From Planctomycetota bacterium (GTDB lineage: Bacteria; Planctomycetota; Phycisphaerae; Phycisphaerales; UBA1924), in NCBI GenBank assembly GCA_024275365.1, contig JAJRZG010000157.1:18-64017 (forward strand): a DNA stretch of 64,000 bases. The letters run 5' to 3'. Positions 43,461-52,339 of this stretch are shown piece after piece. Each line of letters begins with the position of its first letter. Positions within the stretch are counted from its first letter, which is position 1. Below the pieces are notes generated by a model. It searched no databases. It worked only from the letters and a program-made list of their open reading frames with translations, and was not told the DNA's origin. The position numbers and the translations under genes are program-made.

Positions 43461-44717
43461 GTGGCACTCTATCTTTCGAACGCCGAGTTCCTTGATTGGA
43501 AGACTCATGAGATCACGCGTACTGCGATACGCGTTCATGAGGGGGTCGATGCTGGCATTGATCTACTTGATAAGGTTCCGGATGGGGAGCCCTCACTCGA
43601 CTGCTCGGGCCGGATTGTCACCAAGAGCTTTGTGGTCGGGCATCACCATATCTACTCGGCCCTTGCGCGAGGCATGCCACAGCCTGCTGTCGGCCCGACG
43701 AGCTTTGTCGAGATTCTTGAGAATATATGGTGGCGGCTTGACAAGGCTCTTGATGCTGACATGATCCGCGCATCCGCTCTTGTTGCCGGGATCGATGCAG
43801 CCCTCGCTGGCACGACCTTTATTATCGACCACCATGCGTCCCCAAATGCTGCATGTAACTCGTTGCACATTATCGCTGAGGCTCTCGATTCGGTCGGCCT
43901 GTCGCACTTGCTCTGCTATGAACTCTCCGATCGCGACGGCTCTGAACGCCTTGAGCAGGGCATCGCTGAGACTGATGCGTATCTTCGATCGCATCAGGGC
44001 CTCGTTGGGCTTCATGCTTCGTTCACCGTGAGTGATGATCTCCTGTCACGCGCAATGGAGATGGCACGCCTGCACGAGACCGGTTTTCATGTGCATGTTG
44101 CAGAAGCTGCGTCGGATCAGGAGGATTGCCTTGCAAAGCACTCGAAGCGGTGCGTGCAGAGGTTTGCTGATGTTGGCGCACTCGAGCTGCCTCAGACTAT
44201 TCTTGCACATTGCATACACTTGGACAATGAGGAACGCCGTCTGATAGGTGAGTCGGAGGCGTGGGTTGCGCAGCAGTCTGAGAGTAACCAGAACAACGCT
44301 GTGGGGACACTTGATGCCCGCGCCTTTGCTGATCGTGTCTTCATTGGCACAGATGGGATGCACGGCGATGCGCTCGCAGCTACTCGGGCGACCTACCTTG
44401 CAAGCCAGAGCGTCGAAGGGTTGTCTCCACACGATGCGTGCGAGCGTTTGCGTTGTGTTCATAGATACCTTGACCAGAATAACTTTCGCGGAGATGGTGA
44501 AAACAACCTTGTGCTCTTGGACTATCACCCACCGACACCAGTTACGCCAGCAAACTGGGCTTCGCATGTTATGTATGGACTCAACCGGAGTCATATTGAA
44601 ACAGTTATCAGTGACGGGAGGGTCATCGTGCAGAATCGACGATGCACGCTGCTTGATGAGGATTCGGTTCTTGCTGAGGCGCAACACCAGGCGAAACGGC
44701 TATGGGACAAACTCTGA
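43461..44717 (+). CDS. ssnA: SsnA-like amidohydrolase (metal-dependent hydrolase superfamily)
   Basis: FVVGHHHIYSALARGMP (HxH metal motif in the SsnA-typical ...YSALARGM context), HVHVAE, IGTDGMHGD. About 418 aa, as for E. coli SsnA. Confidence 0.75.
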   Translation: MALYLSNAEFLDWKTHEITRTAIRVHEGVDAGIDLLDKVPDGEPSLDCSGRIVTKSFVVGHHHIYSALARGMPQPAVGPTSFVEILENIWWRLDKALDADMIRASALVAGIDAALAGTTFIIDHHASPNAACNSLHIIAEALDSVGLSHLLCYELSDRDGSERLEQGIAETDAYLRSHQGLVGLHASFTVSDDLLSRAMEMARLHETGFHVHVAEAASDQEDCLAKHSKRCVQRFADVGALELPQTILAHCIHLDNEERRLIGESEAWVAQQSESNQNNAVGTLDARAFADRVFIGTDGMHGDALAATRATYLASQSVEGLSPHDACERLRCVHRYLDQNNFRGDGENNLVLLDYHPPTPVTPANWASHVMYGLNRSHIETVISDGRVIVQNRRCTLLDEDSVLAEAQHQAKRLWDKL

Positions 44718-45976
44718 TGGAACTGCGGATCAATAGCGAGCGACTCCAGGAGTCATTGGCTGAACTTGGACAGATCGGGACTATTCAATCAGAATACCCG
44801 GGCATATCTGGTGTCTGCCGCCTGGCTCTTTCTGAGGAGGACGCCGACGCCCGTCGTTTGGTCATCGGCTGGATGAAGCGTGAGAACCTCGAAGTCAGTA
44901 TTGATCAGATCGGGAATATCTATGCTACCGGGCCGGGGCGTGACAATACTCTCGCGCCCATAATGTCTGGCTCTCACCTCGACTCTGTTCCCACTGGTGG
45001 CCGATTTGATGGTGCTCTTGGTGTTCTTGGGGCGATTGAAGTTGTGCGTACTCTTAATGACCATAATATTGTCACCCGCCGTCCGCTGACGATCGCTGTG
45101 TTTACTGATGAGGAGGGGTGCCGTTTTGCAACAGATATGCTTGGAAGTGCTGTCGCGACCGGACGGATCCAACTTGCAGATGCGTGGCGTTTGTGCGATA
45201 CCGATGACATCTCTGTCAAGAGTGAGCTTGAGCGGACGGGTTTTCTCGGCGATGAGCAGGTCGGGCAACGCAGGCCTCATGCATTCATCGAGTGTCATGT
45301 CGAGCAGGGGCCGGTGTTGAGGCACGAGGGTTACGATCTTGGTGTTGTAACTGGTGTGCAGGGCATTTCCTGGCAACGACTGACCATCATCGGGAGCCCG
45401 GCGCACGCGGGGACGACACCGACTGGGTTTCGCCGTGATGCGGGGCTCACTGCAGCGAAGATCAACATTCGCATACGCGAGATGTGTCTCTCTGGGAACT
45501 ACGGGAGTGACATGCGTGCGACGATGGGTGTTGTCCGCCCTGAGCCCGGGTCTATCAATGTCATCCCTGGCCGGGTTGTTGCAACTGTCGATCTCCGCAA
45601 CCCGGTCGATGATGCGATGCTGGCTGCCGAAGCCGATCTGCGTGAGTTTCTGAAAGAGATTGCCGATATCGATGGTGTTACGATCGAATCAGAGCAGACT
45701 GCTCGCACACCGGCGGTTTCTTTCAACACAGCAACGCAAGCGACAATCGCCAGCGTTGCTGATACTCTTTCGCTCAGGCATCGTCCGATCCTTGCAGGTG
45801 CTGGTCACGATGCTCAGGAGTGGTCGCGTGTGTGCCCAACTGCCATGATCTTTGTGCCGGGTGAGAATGACGGGATAAGCCACAACGCTATGGAGTTCTC
45901 CACGCCCGAGCAGTGCGCAAACGGGATCAATGTCTTGCTTAATACTATCTTTACTCTCGCGGAAGAGTCGTCATGA
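44717..45976 (+). CDS. M20-family N-carbamoyl-amino-acid / allantoate-type amidohydrolase
   Basis: MSGSHLDSVPTGGRFDGALGVLGAIEV, FTDEEG, IECHVEQGPVL, GAGHDAQ. ATG 44717 overlaps the ssnA stop (TGATG). Alternative ATG at 44702. Confidence 0.8.
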   Translation: MELRINSERLQESLAELGQIGTIQSEYPGISGVCRLALSEEDADARRLVIGWMKRENLEVSIDQIGNIYATGPGRDNTLAPIMSGSHLDSVPTGGRFDGALGVLGAIEVVRTLNDHNIVTRRPLTIAVFTDEEGCRFATDMLGSAVATGRIQLADAWRLCDTDDISVKSELERTGFLGDEQVGQRRPHAFIECHVEQGPVLRHEGYDLGVVTGVQGISWQRLTIIGSPAHAGTTPTGFRRDAGLTAAKINIRIREMCLSGNYGSDMRATMGVVRPEPGSINVIPGRVVATVDLRNPVDDAMLAAEADLREFLKEIADIDGVTIESEQTARTPAVSFNTATQATIASVADTLSLRHRPILAGAGHDAQEWSRVCPTAMIFVPGENDGISHNAMEFSTPEQCANGINVLLNTIFTLAEESS

Positions 45977-46905
45977 ACACAGTGCGCGTCGCCATGACGC
46001 AGACTCTCAATGCATTCCGTGATATGCCTGATTCGCTCGATGGCATTGCATCACTTGCGGACAGGCTCGATGACATCCGCAGTGCAAATGTGCGACACAA
46101 TCTTGATCTTCTCATGCGGGCAGGAAGTTCGGGCATCCAGGCTGTGTGTCTGGGCGAGCTCTTTACCGCACCGTACTTTGCGTTGACGCGGGATGACCTT
46201 TGGTTTTCGCTTGCTGAAGATGCTGCCACTGGCCCGACTATTTCGGAGATATCGGAAGCCGCCGCTCGATTGGGCATCGTTGTCGTCGCGCCGATCTATG
46301 AATGCGAGATGGAGACCGGAAGGCGGTTCAACACTGCGGTTGTTATCGACGCTGACGGCACGGTGTTGGGCAAGTACCGCAAGGTTCATATCCCTGTGGG
46401 CGGGAATGAGCAGGCGTGTTTCGATGAGCGGTACTATTATGAGCCGTCACGAGTTCCGCAGAATGAACCTTCACCGAGTATCCTCGGTGACAATCCGTAC
46501 TTCCCGGTTTTCAAGACTGCTGTTGGGAATATTGGTGTTTCGATTTGTTATGATCGACACTTTGAGGGTGTGACTCGTTCTCTGCACCACGCGGGCGCAC
46601 AGATTATCTTCTCTCCAGCGGTTACATTTGGCGCAAAGTCGAAGCGGATGTGGGAGATAGAGTTTGAGGTTGATGCTGCCCGGCATGGGTTGTATCTCGG
46701 CGGCTCGAACCGCCTCGGGGCCGAGAAGCCCTGGAATCAACCGTACTTTGGCCGGAGTTCTTTCTTCGGGCCTGATGGGCGGGTTGCAAATATCAGTGAA
46801 GACCCGTGCCTTGCGATTGCGGAGTGTGATCTCGATGTATTGGAGAAGCCGGATGATTCTGGCTGGGACCTTTCACGCGATGCTCGCCCATCGGTCTACA
46901 GTTGA
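45973..46905 (+). CDS. carbon-nitrogen hydrolase (beta-ureidopropionase / N-carbamoyl amidase-like)
   Basis: Catalytic triad contexts CLGELF (Glu), YRKVHIP (Lys), VSICYDRHF (Cys). ATGA overlap with the upstream stop. Confidence 0.8.
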   Translation: MNTVRVAMTQTLNAFRDMPDSLDGIASLADRLDDIRSANVRHNLDLLMRAGSSGIQAVCLGELFTAPYFALTRDDLWFSLAEDAATGPTISEISEAAARLGIVVVAPIYECEMETGRRFNTAVVIDADGTVLGKYRKVHIPVGGNEQACFDERYYYEPSRVPQNEPSPSILGDNPYFPVFKTAVGNIGVSICYDRHFEGVTRSLHHAGAQIIFSPAVTFGAKSKRMWEIEFEVDAARHGLYLGGSNRLGAEKPWNQPYFGRSSFFGPDGRVANISEDPCLAIAECDLDVLEKPDDSGWDLSRDARPSVYS

Positions 46906-46919
46906 CCACTCGTCAGTGG

Positions 46920-48953
46920 CTATGCATTGATGTAGTTCAGGGGGGCATCAGCCCCGAAGATCGCTTTGCACAGTTCATTCATAATAAAGAAATATGTGAG
47001 ATCGACCTGTGTATTTGCTTCACCCATGATCGTACTCGCAGGATCATCGCGTGCAAAGCGGACCTCAAAGTCATCGCCTGAATACAGGGCTTTGTCTCCG
47101 TCTATCTTAGTTCGATACTCTTGAGAATCGAACCTCCCGTAGACCGCCTGCTTATCCTGGCTCTGTTCCAGATAGAAGCCATCGAGTGATGTGGCGGCAG
47201 CCCAGTCGTCGAGTGAACCGAAGAACCGGGGCTTGATGACATATGGCCCACCGTCCTCGGGGCAGAAGACATCACAGTTTCCGCAGTCGTTACAGAAGTC
47301 ATGGAAGTTTGCGATCTGGTGTTTTTGGTTGAGTGTGAATGAGCCAGTATCGTCTACGGCCCACACGCCGTCACGCTTTGACATTTTGCACACCGGGATA
47401 TCGACAGGGGGTATCGTGAGGGCAAAGTTTGCATCATTGGGACATACGGGGATGCACTTGTCGCAGGTGATGCAGTTGAAGAGTTTGAGTGTGCTCCCGA
47501 TTTTTATTGGGAGCTTGTTGTTGTCCTGCTGATAGCGGTCGGTTGTGGTTGCGGAATCGGCGTAGTGCTCGGTGTTGAGGAGCTTTGCAGCACTAAGCCA
47601 CTGAGCAGCGAGATCACGATCCACCAGGTGCAAAAGCGGATCACCACTCGCTTCAGCAGCCGTGAACGCTTCTGTCCACTGGGCACCGGCTTGTTCGAGG
47701 GCTGCCCTTGCGAGGCCATATGCTCTCAATGTGAACTCGTCTATATTTGAGGCGTGTACAGCATCCATGCGTTTGATGAGCGTCTGGAAATAGCCGAGTT
47801 GCCTGGCGTAGCCGCCGGGTCGCAGGAGGTCGGTACAGACCGTCACCGGCACCAGGCCGAGCGCAACAGCGTCGGCAAAGTTTCGCCTATCAATCCCAGC
47901 AGAAAAGGATATGGGGTATCGGTCGCCACACACCCGTCGGAACTCACGGACGAGGTTGATCGCAAGCACATGCAGCGGCTGTCCCGAGAGGTACATCAGC
48001 CTTTCCGCACTCGGGAAGAACTCACGGTTGTTCTCAACGATGAGCGTGTTGGTGAACTTTACCCCGAGCCCAAGGCCCAACCCGTCGGCTGTTGTGCCGA
48101 GCCGATCGACAAACCCGAGCATCTGTTCCCACTTTGTATCTTTCTCGAACGACTCGTCCGGGGTCAGGGCATTGGTATACCCAAGCGTGTCGCGCATCAA
48201 CTCACGAAGGCGTTCTGCCCCGAGCAGCGTCGGGTTGAGCTTGATCGTGCAGTGGAGCCCCAACTCCCGCAGCAAGAATTCGATGATCTTCTCGATCTCA
48301 TCGGGCGGGCACCCATGAAAGGTGCTCAGGGTGAGCGTGTTTGAGAGCTTTGTACGGAAGTCCAGGTCGCGGTACTCTGCGAACTCCGGTGGGATTTCAT
48401 TTCGCAGGCGATCCACGATCGGCGTTGCGTCCATCATCCCGTCCAGAAACGCCCGCACACGGTCGGACTGAATCCCGGCGAGGTCATACCCGACACTCAA
48501 GTCAAAGATCATGCGCTCGAACCCGGGGACAATGTCGATTTGGCCGCTGGCGGTGAGGATGTCGATCAGCATCGAAGCTTTGACATACTCCTCGAGTGAC
48601 TGCTCGATCTTGAGTTCCTGAGACCACTCGATGTTGTAGCAGACTGTCTGGGCGTCGATGCAAGGCCTGCCGATCTCCAGCTCATCGAGAATCTGGACGG
48701 TCTTGAGCTCGATGATTCTTGACCCACCAAGCCACGAGAGCACGATATTTTGCGCAAGCTGGGAGTGAGGACCAGCCGATGGGCCGAGCGGTGTTGCGGC
48801 GAGGATGCCGTGGAAGCGTACCGACAGATCGTGATCGGGATCACCCGGAAAGAACTTGGTTCTTGGGAGATCGAAGATGGTGTGTTGGCGGTCGAGTTCG
48901 CGGAGCATTCTCGAGAGCATGCGTGCGAATGGGTATGGTGTGAGTGCTGTCAT
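46920..48953 (-). CDS. YgfK-like protein: DHOD/DPD-like barrel plus C-terminal 2x[4Fe-4S], lacking the GltD-like FAD/NAD(P)H module
   Basis: ATPLGPSAGPHSQLAQNIVLSWLGGSRIIELKTVQILDELEIGRPCIDA...NIEWSQE...LSTFHGCPPDEIEKI...KLNPTLLG...TDLLRPGGY tracks the E. coli YgfK N-terminal region as I recall it. C-terminus CITCDKCIPVCPNDAN ... CNDCGNCDVFCPEDGGPY. Start set at MTALTPYPF (48953; alternative 48968). The track ORF to 49256 overlaps the divergent gcdH. Confidence 0.7.
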   Translation of the reverse strand: MTALTPYPFARMLSRMLRELDRQHTIFDLPRTKFFPGDPDHDLSVRFHGILAATPLGPSAGPHSQLAQNIVLSWLGGSRIIELKTVQILDELEIGRPCIDAQTVCYNIEWSQELKIEQSLEEYVKASMLIDILTASGQIDIVPGFERMIFDLSVGYDLAGIQSDRVRAFLDGMMDATPIVDRLRNEIPPEFAEYRDLDFRTKLSNTLTLSTFHGCPPDEIEKIIEFLLRELGLHCTIKLNPTLLGAERLRELMRDTLGYTNALTPDESFEKDTKWEQMLGFVDRLGTTADGLGLGLGVKFTNTLIVENNREFFPSAERLMYLSGQPLHVLAINLVREFRRVCGDRYPISFSAGIDRRNFADAVALGLVPVTVCTDLLRPGGYARQLGYFQTLIKRMDAVHASNIDEFTLRAYGLARAALEQAGAQWTEAFTAAEASGDPLLHLVDRDLAAQWLSAAKLLNTEHYADSATTTDRYQQDNNKLPIKIGSTLKLFNCITCDKCIPVCPNDANFALTIPPVDIPVCKMSKRDGVWAVDDTGSFTLNQKHQIANFHDFCNDCGNCDVFCPEDGGPYVIKPRFFGSLDDWAAATSLDGFYLEQSQDKQAVYGRFDSQEYRTKIDGDKALYSGDDFEVRFARDDPASTIMGEANTQVDLTYFFIMNELCKAIFGADAPLNYINA

Positions 48954-49213
48954 GGCTATGGGAAGCATAGCCGTACATGGAGTGGTACGACTCTTCGGCA
49001 GTTGCTTCTCTGTAAACTCAATAATGCACCCTTTCAACCCCCGGATTGCCAGTATTCTTGGGGTAACTTCCGTTATGGGTGACAGCATTCGGTGGCCGCT
49101 GGAGGTAGCCAAGTTGCCGGGAATCCGATATAATCCGCTGAGGTCTTGTATGTCACGCTGGCGGGCTTTATGCAGCCCAGTCAGCCACTGGTCTCTTTTG
49201 ATGAGGTGGCGCG

Positions 49214-50401
49214 ATGGGTAACGCAACGAGAACCGAGGTTGAATCTCCGCTTGCAACGGACTTTCTCAATATTCGAAGTCTGTTGTCTGAAGATGAGATT
49301 ACAATCCAGGAGGCTGTCGCACGGTTTGTGGATGAGCGGGTCATCCCGCTTATGGGTGATGCGTTTGATGAGCACCGGTTTCCTCAAGAACTCATCCCAG
49401 AGATTGCGGAGATGGGCTTGCTTGGGTGCAGCATCGATGGGTACGGCTGTGCCGGGCTCAACAGCGCGTGCAGCGGGCTGGTGTGCCAGGAGCTTGAGCG
49501 GGGGGACTCGGGGATTCGCAGCTTTACATCGGTGCAGAGCAGTCTGTGCATGTACCCGATCTTTACCTATGGGAGTGATGAGCAAAAGGAACGGTGGCTG
49601 CCTCAGATGGCTTCGGGTGAAGTGATCGGGTGCTTTGGGCTGACCGAGCCCGACGGGGGGTCGGACCCGGGAAACATGAAGACCAACGCCAAGCGAGATG
49701 GGAGCGACTGGGTGCTCAACGGGTCAAAGGCGTGGATCACCAACGGAATCATGGCGGATATCGCGATTGTCTGGGCATCGACCAGCGAGGGAGTGCGTGG
49801 GTTTATCGTTGAGAAGGACATGCCCGGCTACACAACTCGGGAAATCACACGCAAGTTTTCGCTTCGGGCCTCGGACACCGCTGAGTTATTCTTTGACAAT
49901 GTGAGGCTTCCCGAGGCGAGTATGCTGCCGGGGGTTCGTGGGCTGCGTGGGCCTCTGAGTTGCCTGACACAGGCAAGGTTCGGTATCGCCTGGGGCGTGA
50001 TCGGAGCTGCGCAGGCGTGTTTCAGTGAGGTGCTCGAATATACCAAGGTTCGAGAACTCTTCGGACGGCCACTCTCGCACACGCAGACGGTGCAGCTTCG
50101 TCTTGCCGACATGAGCAGGCGGATCTCGACGGCTCAACTACTTGCATTACAGCTTGCCCGGCTTAAGGACAACGGGCAGTTGCACCACAGCCAAGTGTCA
50201 ATGAGCAAGTGGAACAACACGCGGATGGCTCTAGATATTGCGAGGGATGCGAGGGACCTGCTGGGCGCGAGTGGGATCAGCGTGGAGTTCTGCGCGATCC
50301 GGCACATGCTGAACCTGGAGAGTGTTGTGACTTATGAGGGGACCGAGACTATCCACGAGCTTATCGTTGGGCGCGAACTCACGGGGCATAATGCGTTCTA
50401 A
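49214..50401 (+). CDS. gcdH: glutaryl-CoA dehydrogenase-type acyl-CoA dehydrogenase
   Basis: FPQELIPEIAEMGLLG, ERGDSGIRS, GCFGLTEPDGGSDPG, WITNG, YEGTETIHELIVGRELTG. The overall pattern matches GcdH rather than short/medium-chain ACADs. Confidence 0.85.
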   Translation: MGNATRTEVESPLATDFLNIRSLLSEDEITIQEAVARFVDERVIPLMGDAFDEHRFPQELIPEIAEMGLLGCSIDGYGCAGLNSACSGLVCQELERGDSGIRSFTSVQSSLCMYPIFTYGSDEQKERWLPQMASGEVIGCFGLTEPDGGSDPGNMKTNAKRDGSDWVLNGSKAWITNGIMADIAIVWASTSEGVRGFIVEKDMPGYTTREITRKFSLRASDTAELFFDNVRLPEASMLPGVRGLRGPLSCLTQARFGIAWGVIGAAQACFSEVLEYTKVRELFGRPLSHTQTVQLRLADMSRRISTAQLLALQLARLKDNGQLHHSQVSMSKWNNTRMALDIARDARDLLGASGISVEFCAIRHMLNLESVVTYEGTETIHELIVGRELTGHNAF

Positions 50402-50421
50402 CTCGGCATGTATATTCCGGT

Positions 50422-50985
50422 TTAGGCCTTGGGAGGCAGATACATTTTGATCAGGCGATCGGCAAGAGCACTGCACCGGCTGTAGATATCTGCGTATACG
50501 GGCTCGGATTCGACTTCGGAATAGCCGCGAGTCAACTGCGTCAGGTCGGCCCCCTGCACAATCTGGTCCGCCATCTCGAAAAGCACACCGTCTTCTTTGG
50601 CGATGTGGTTGCGCAATAACTCTATAAAGGCCTCGCCTTCATAGAGGATTCGGAGCATCGCGTTCTCGTCACCACTGTCAGCGGCTTCGATGGCATCACT
50701 GATCTTCTGCACATGGACCCGCCCCATCTCGTGCTCGCGGAGCATGCACCCGATCGGGCCACCCTCGCGTGATATGCCTTGGGATTCGAGTTGGGGGAAC
50801 AACCTCTGCTCTTCTTTGCAGTGGTGGCACTTGTCGGCAAAGCCCCGGAAAAACTCAACAAACGGCTCGAGCAACTCGGCGGATGCCCGGCCTGACTCTC
50901 GGGAGTTCGCAAGTGCAATCTCGAAACAATCAAGCACACGGAGGATGACCTGGTGCTCTTGGCGGAGGCGGTTGGTGGTTTCCAA
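50422..50985 (-). CDS. hemerythrin-like (HHE cation-binding) domain protein
   Basis: LRQEHQVILRVL..., HHCKEEQRLFP, MLREHEMGR, NHIAKEDGVLF are His/Glu ligand contexts of hemerythrin-like domains. Start uncertain: TTG 50985 with AAGGA 7 nt upstream is chosen; the track ATG 51192 overlaps the upstream gene. Confidence 0.6.
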   Translation of the reverse strand: METTNRLRQEHQVILRVLDCFEIALANSRESGRASAELLEPFVEFFRGFADKCHHCKEEQRLFPQLESQGISREGGPIGCMLREHEMGRVHVQKISDAIEAADSGDENAMLRILYEGEAFIELLRNHIAKEDGVLFEMADQIVQGADLTQLTRGYSEVESEPVYADIYSRCSALADRLIKMYLPPKA

Positions 50986-51112
50986 TGGATTGTCCTTTCG
51001 AGGTGAGATGCGCGATCGGGTGGATGTATTGGAAGCACCCTCAGGTCTGACATGGGTCACAGAGTTGTGGTACACAGAGTTGCTTTGCGCTCGATATGGT
51101 GTTGTTTCCGTC

Positions 51113-52339
51113 CTAAACTTTGGCCTTTTTGAGTGATTCAATAAACTCTGAAAGCTGGTTGGAGATATTATCTTCATCGAACTGTCGCGCATCGACCATA
51201 TCGGCTTCGATCATAATGTGCGGCACTCCCGCTTCGGTATAGCCGGGGAGGCGACGCTTGACATAACTGTTCCAAATACCGCAGCTTGCATTCCAGTGGC
51301 AGACGATGCCATCAGCACTGTAGTCGCGGACCATATCGAGGGTCCAGTCGAGTATCCACTGTGTCGAGCGGTTCATGGTGTTCCAGATGTAGCGGTCCAC
51401 GAGGCTGTCCATGGCGTTGTCGGCATCAAACTTGAACCACCAGCTGTGCGTGTAGGTGCTGGCGACAAAGACACAGTTGCGTTCAGCGGCAAACTGGGCG
51501 AGCCAGTTTTTGCGGGGCCAGATGGGGATAGCGTCCCAGATGAGGCGGACCTCTTCCTCCTGGATGAACGACTGGTTCTGCTCGACGCGGTCGGTGAGTT
51601 CGTCAAAGAGGGACTGGTAGTAGACGGTGCATTCGGGCAGGCCGCGGGCGATGACAATCGGTGCCATGGCGGCGAAAGCATCGGTGTTTGACCACGGGGT
51701 TGGCACCTTTCTGGCAAGTTCGAGGCACTCTTGCCACAGGTGGTTGGACCTGTCAGACTCGGCGACGATCTCACGGAGCTTCGTTTCACTGAAGGTCGTG
51801 CCGAATCGCTTGCAGATGTCTGCGAGGTGTTCTTCCATCTGGTTCTTGAAGTCGGCCTTTTCCTCGGCATTGTGTTCTTCGCGCTTGGCTAGCCTTTGCG
51901 TACGGAGAACATAATGCGGGACATCCTGCCCCCGCTCTTTGCAGATAGACTGCACTTGGTCGCCCCAACGCTCCACGACATTGCACTGAGAGTTGCACGC
52001 ATAAAAGAGGTCGGGCTTGGGCAGGCCGTGAATCGGCGACTCGACATCACCGAGCAACACGCCGATATCGGAGAGGGCGTAGGAGCAGACCTTGGGCGCG
52101 TGGAGGCCCCAGGCGTTGGTGCGGTCGATCGCGGCGAGCGAGTAGGGCTTGGTTGCATCGCGGACTGGGGAGAGTGCCCCGAGCATGGCGGCGTGGTTTT
52201 CTGGATAGACCGGCATGATGCCCGCAGCGAGGAGGGCCTCGGCTGGCGCAAACGCCGAGCACCATGCGATCGGCATCCCGTCGGCCTTGATCTTGTCATA
52301 GAAAGAGAAAATATCAAAATGCGTCTTGAGCTTCATCAT
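51113..52339 (-). CDS. stand-alone 2-hydroxyacyl-CoA dehydratase / benzoyl-CoA reductase (BcrB/C, HgdA/B) family subunit
   Basis: MMKLKTHFDIFSFYDKIKADGMPIAWCSAFAPAEALLAAGIMPVYPENHAA is the typical family N-terminus. Conserved-looking Cys at WCS, VCSY, YACNSQC, CHWNASC. No paired second subunit is adjacent. Confidence 0.7.
   Translation of the reverse strand: MMKLKTHFDIFSFYDKIKADGMPIAWCSAFAPAEALLAAGIMPVYPENHAAMLGALSPVRDATKPYSLAAIDRTNAWGLHAPKVCSYALSDIGVLLGDVESPIHGLPKPDLFYACNSQCNVVERWGDQVQSICKERGQDVPHYVLRTQRLAKREEHNAEEKADFKNQMEEHLADICKRFGTTFSETKLREIVAESDRSNHLWQECLELARKVPTPWSNTDAFAAMAPIVIARGLPECTVYYQSLFDELTDRVEQNQSFIQEEEVRLIWDAIPIWPRKNWLAQFAAERNCVFVASTYTHSWWFKFDADNAMDSLVDRYIWNTMNRSTQWILDWTLDMVRDYSADGIVCHWNASCGIWNSYVKRRLPGYTEAGVPHIMIEADMVDARQFDEDNISNQLSEFIESLKKAKV

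Noticed and set aside
52314-52339. 26-nt overlap between the 114-aa ORF and the orphan BCR/HAD-family gene as evidence of a frameshifted fusion
   Set aside because: The family N-terminus (MMKLKTHFD...PIAWCS) is complete without an extension, so two separate overlapping genes is the more economical reading.
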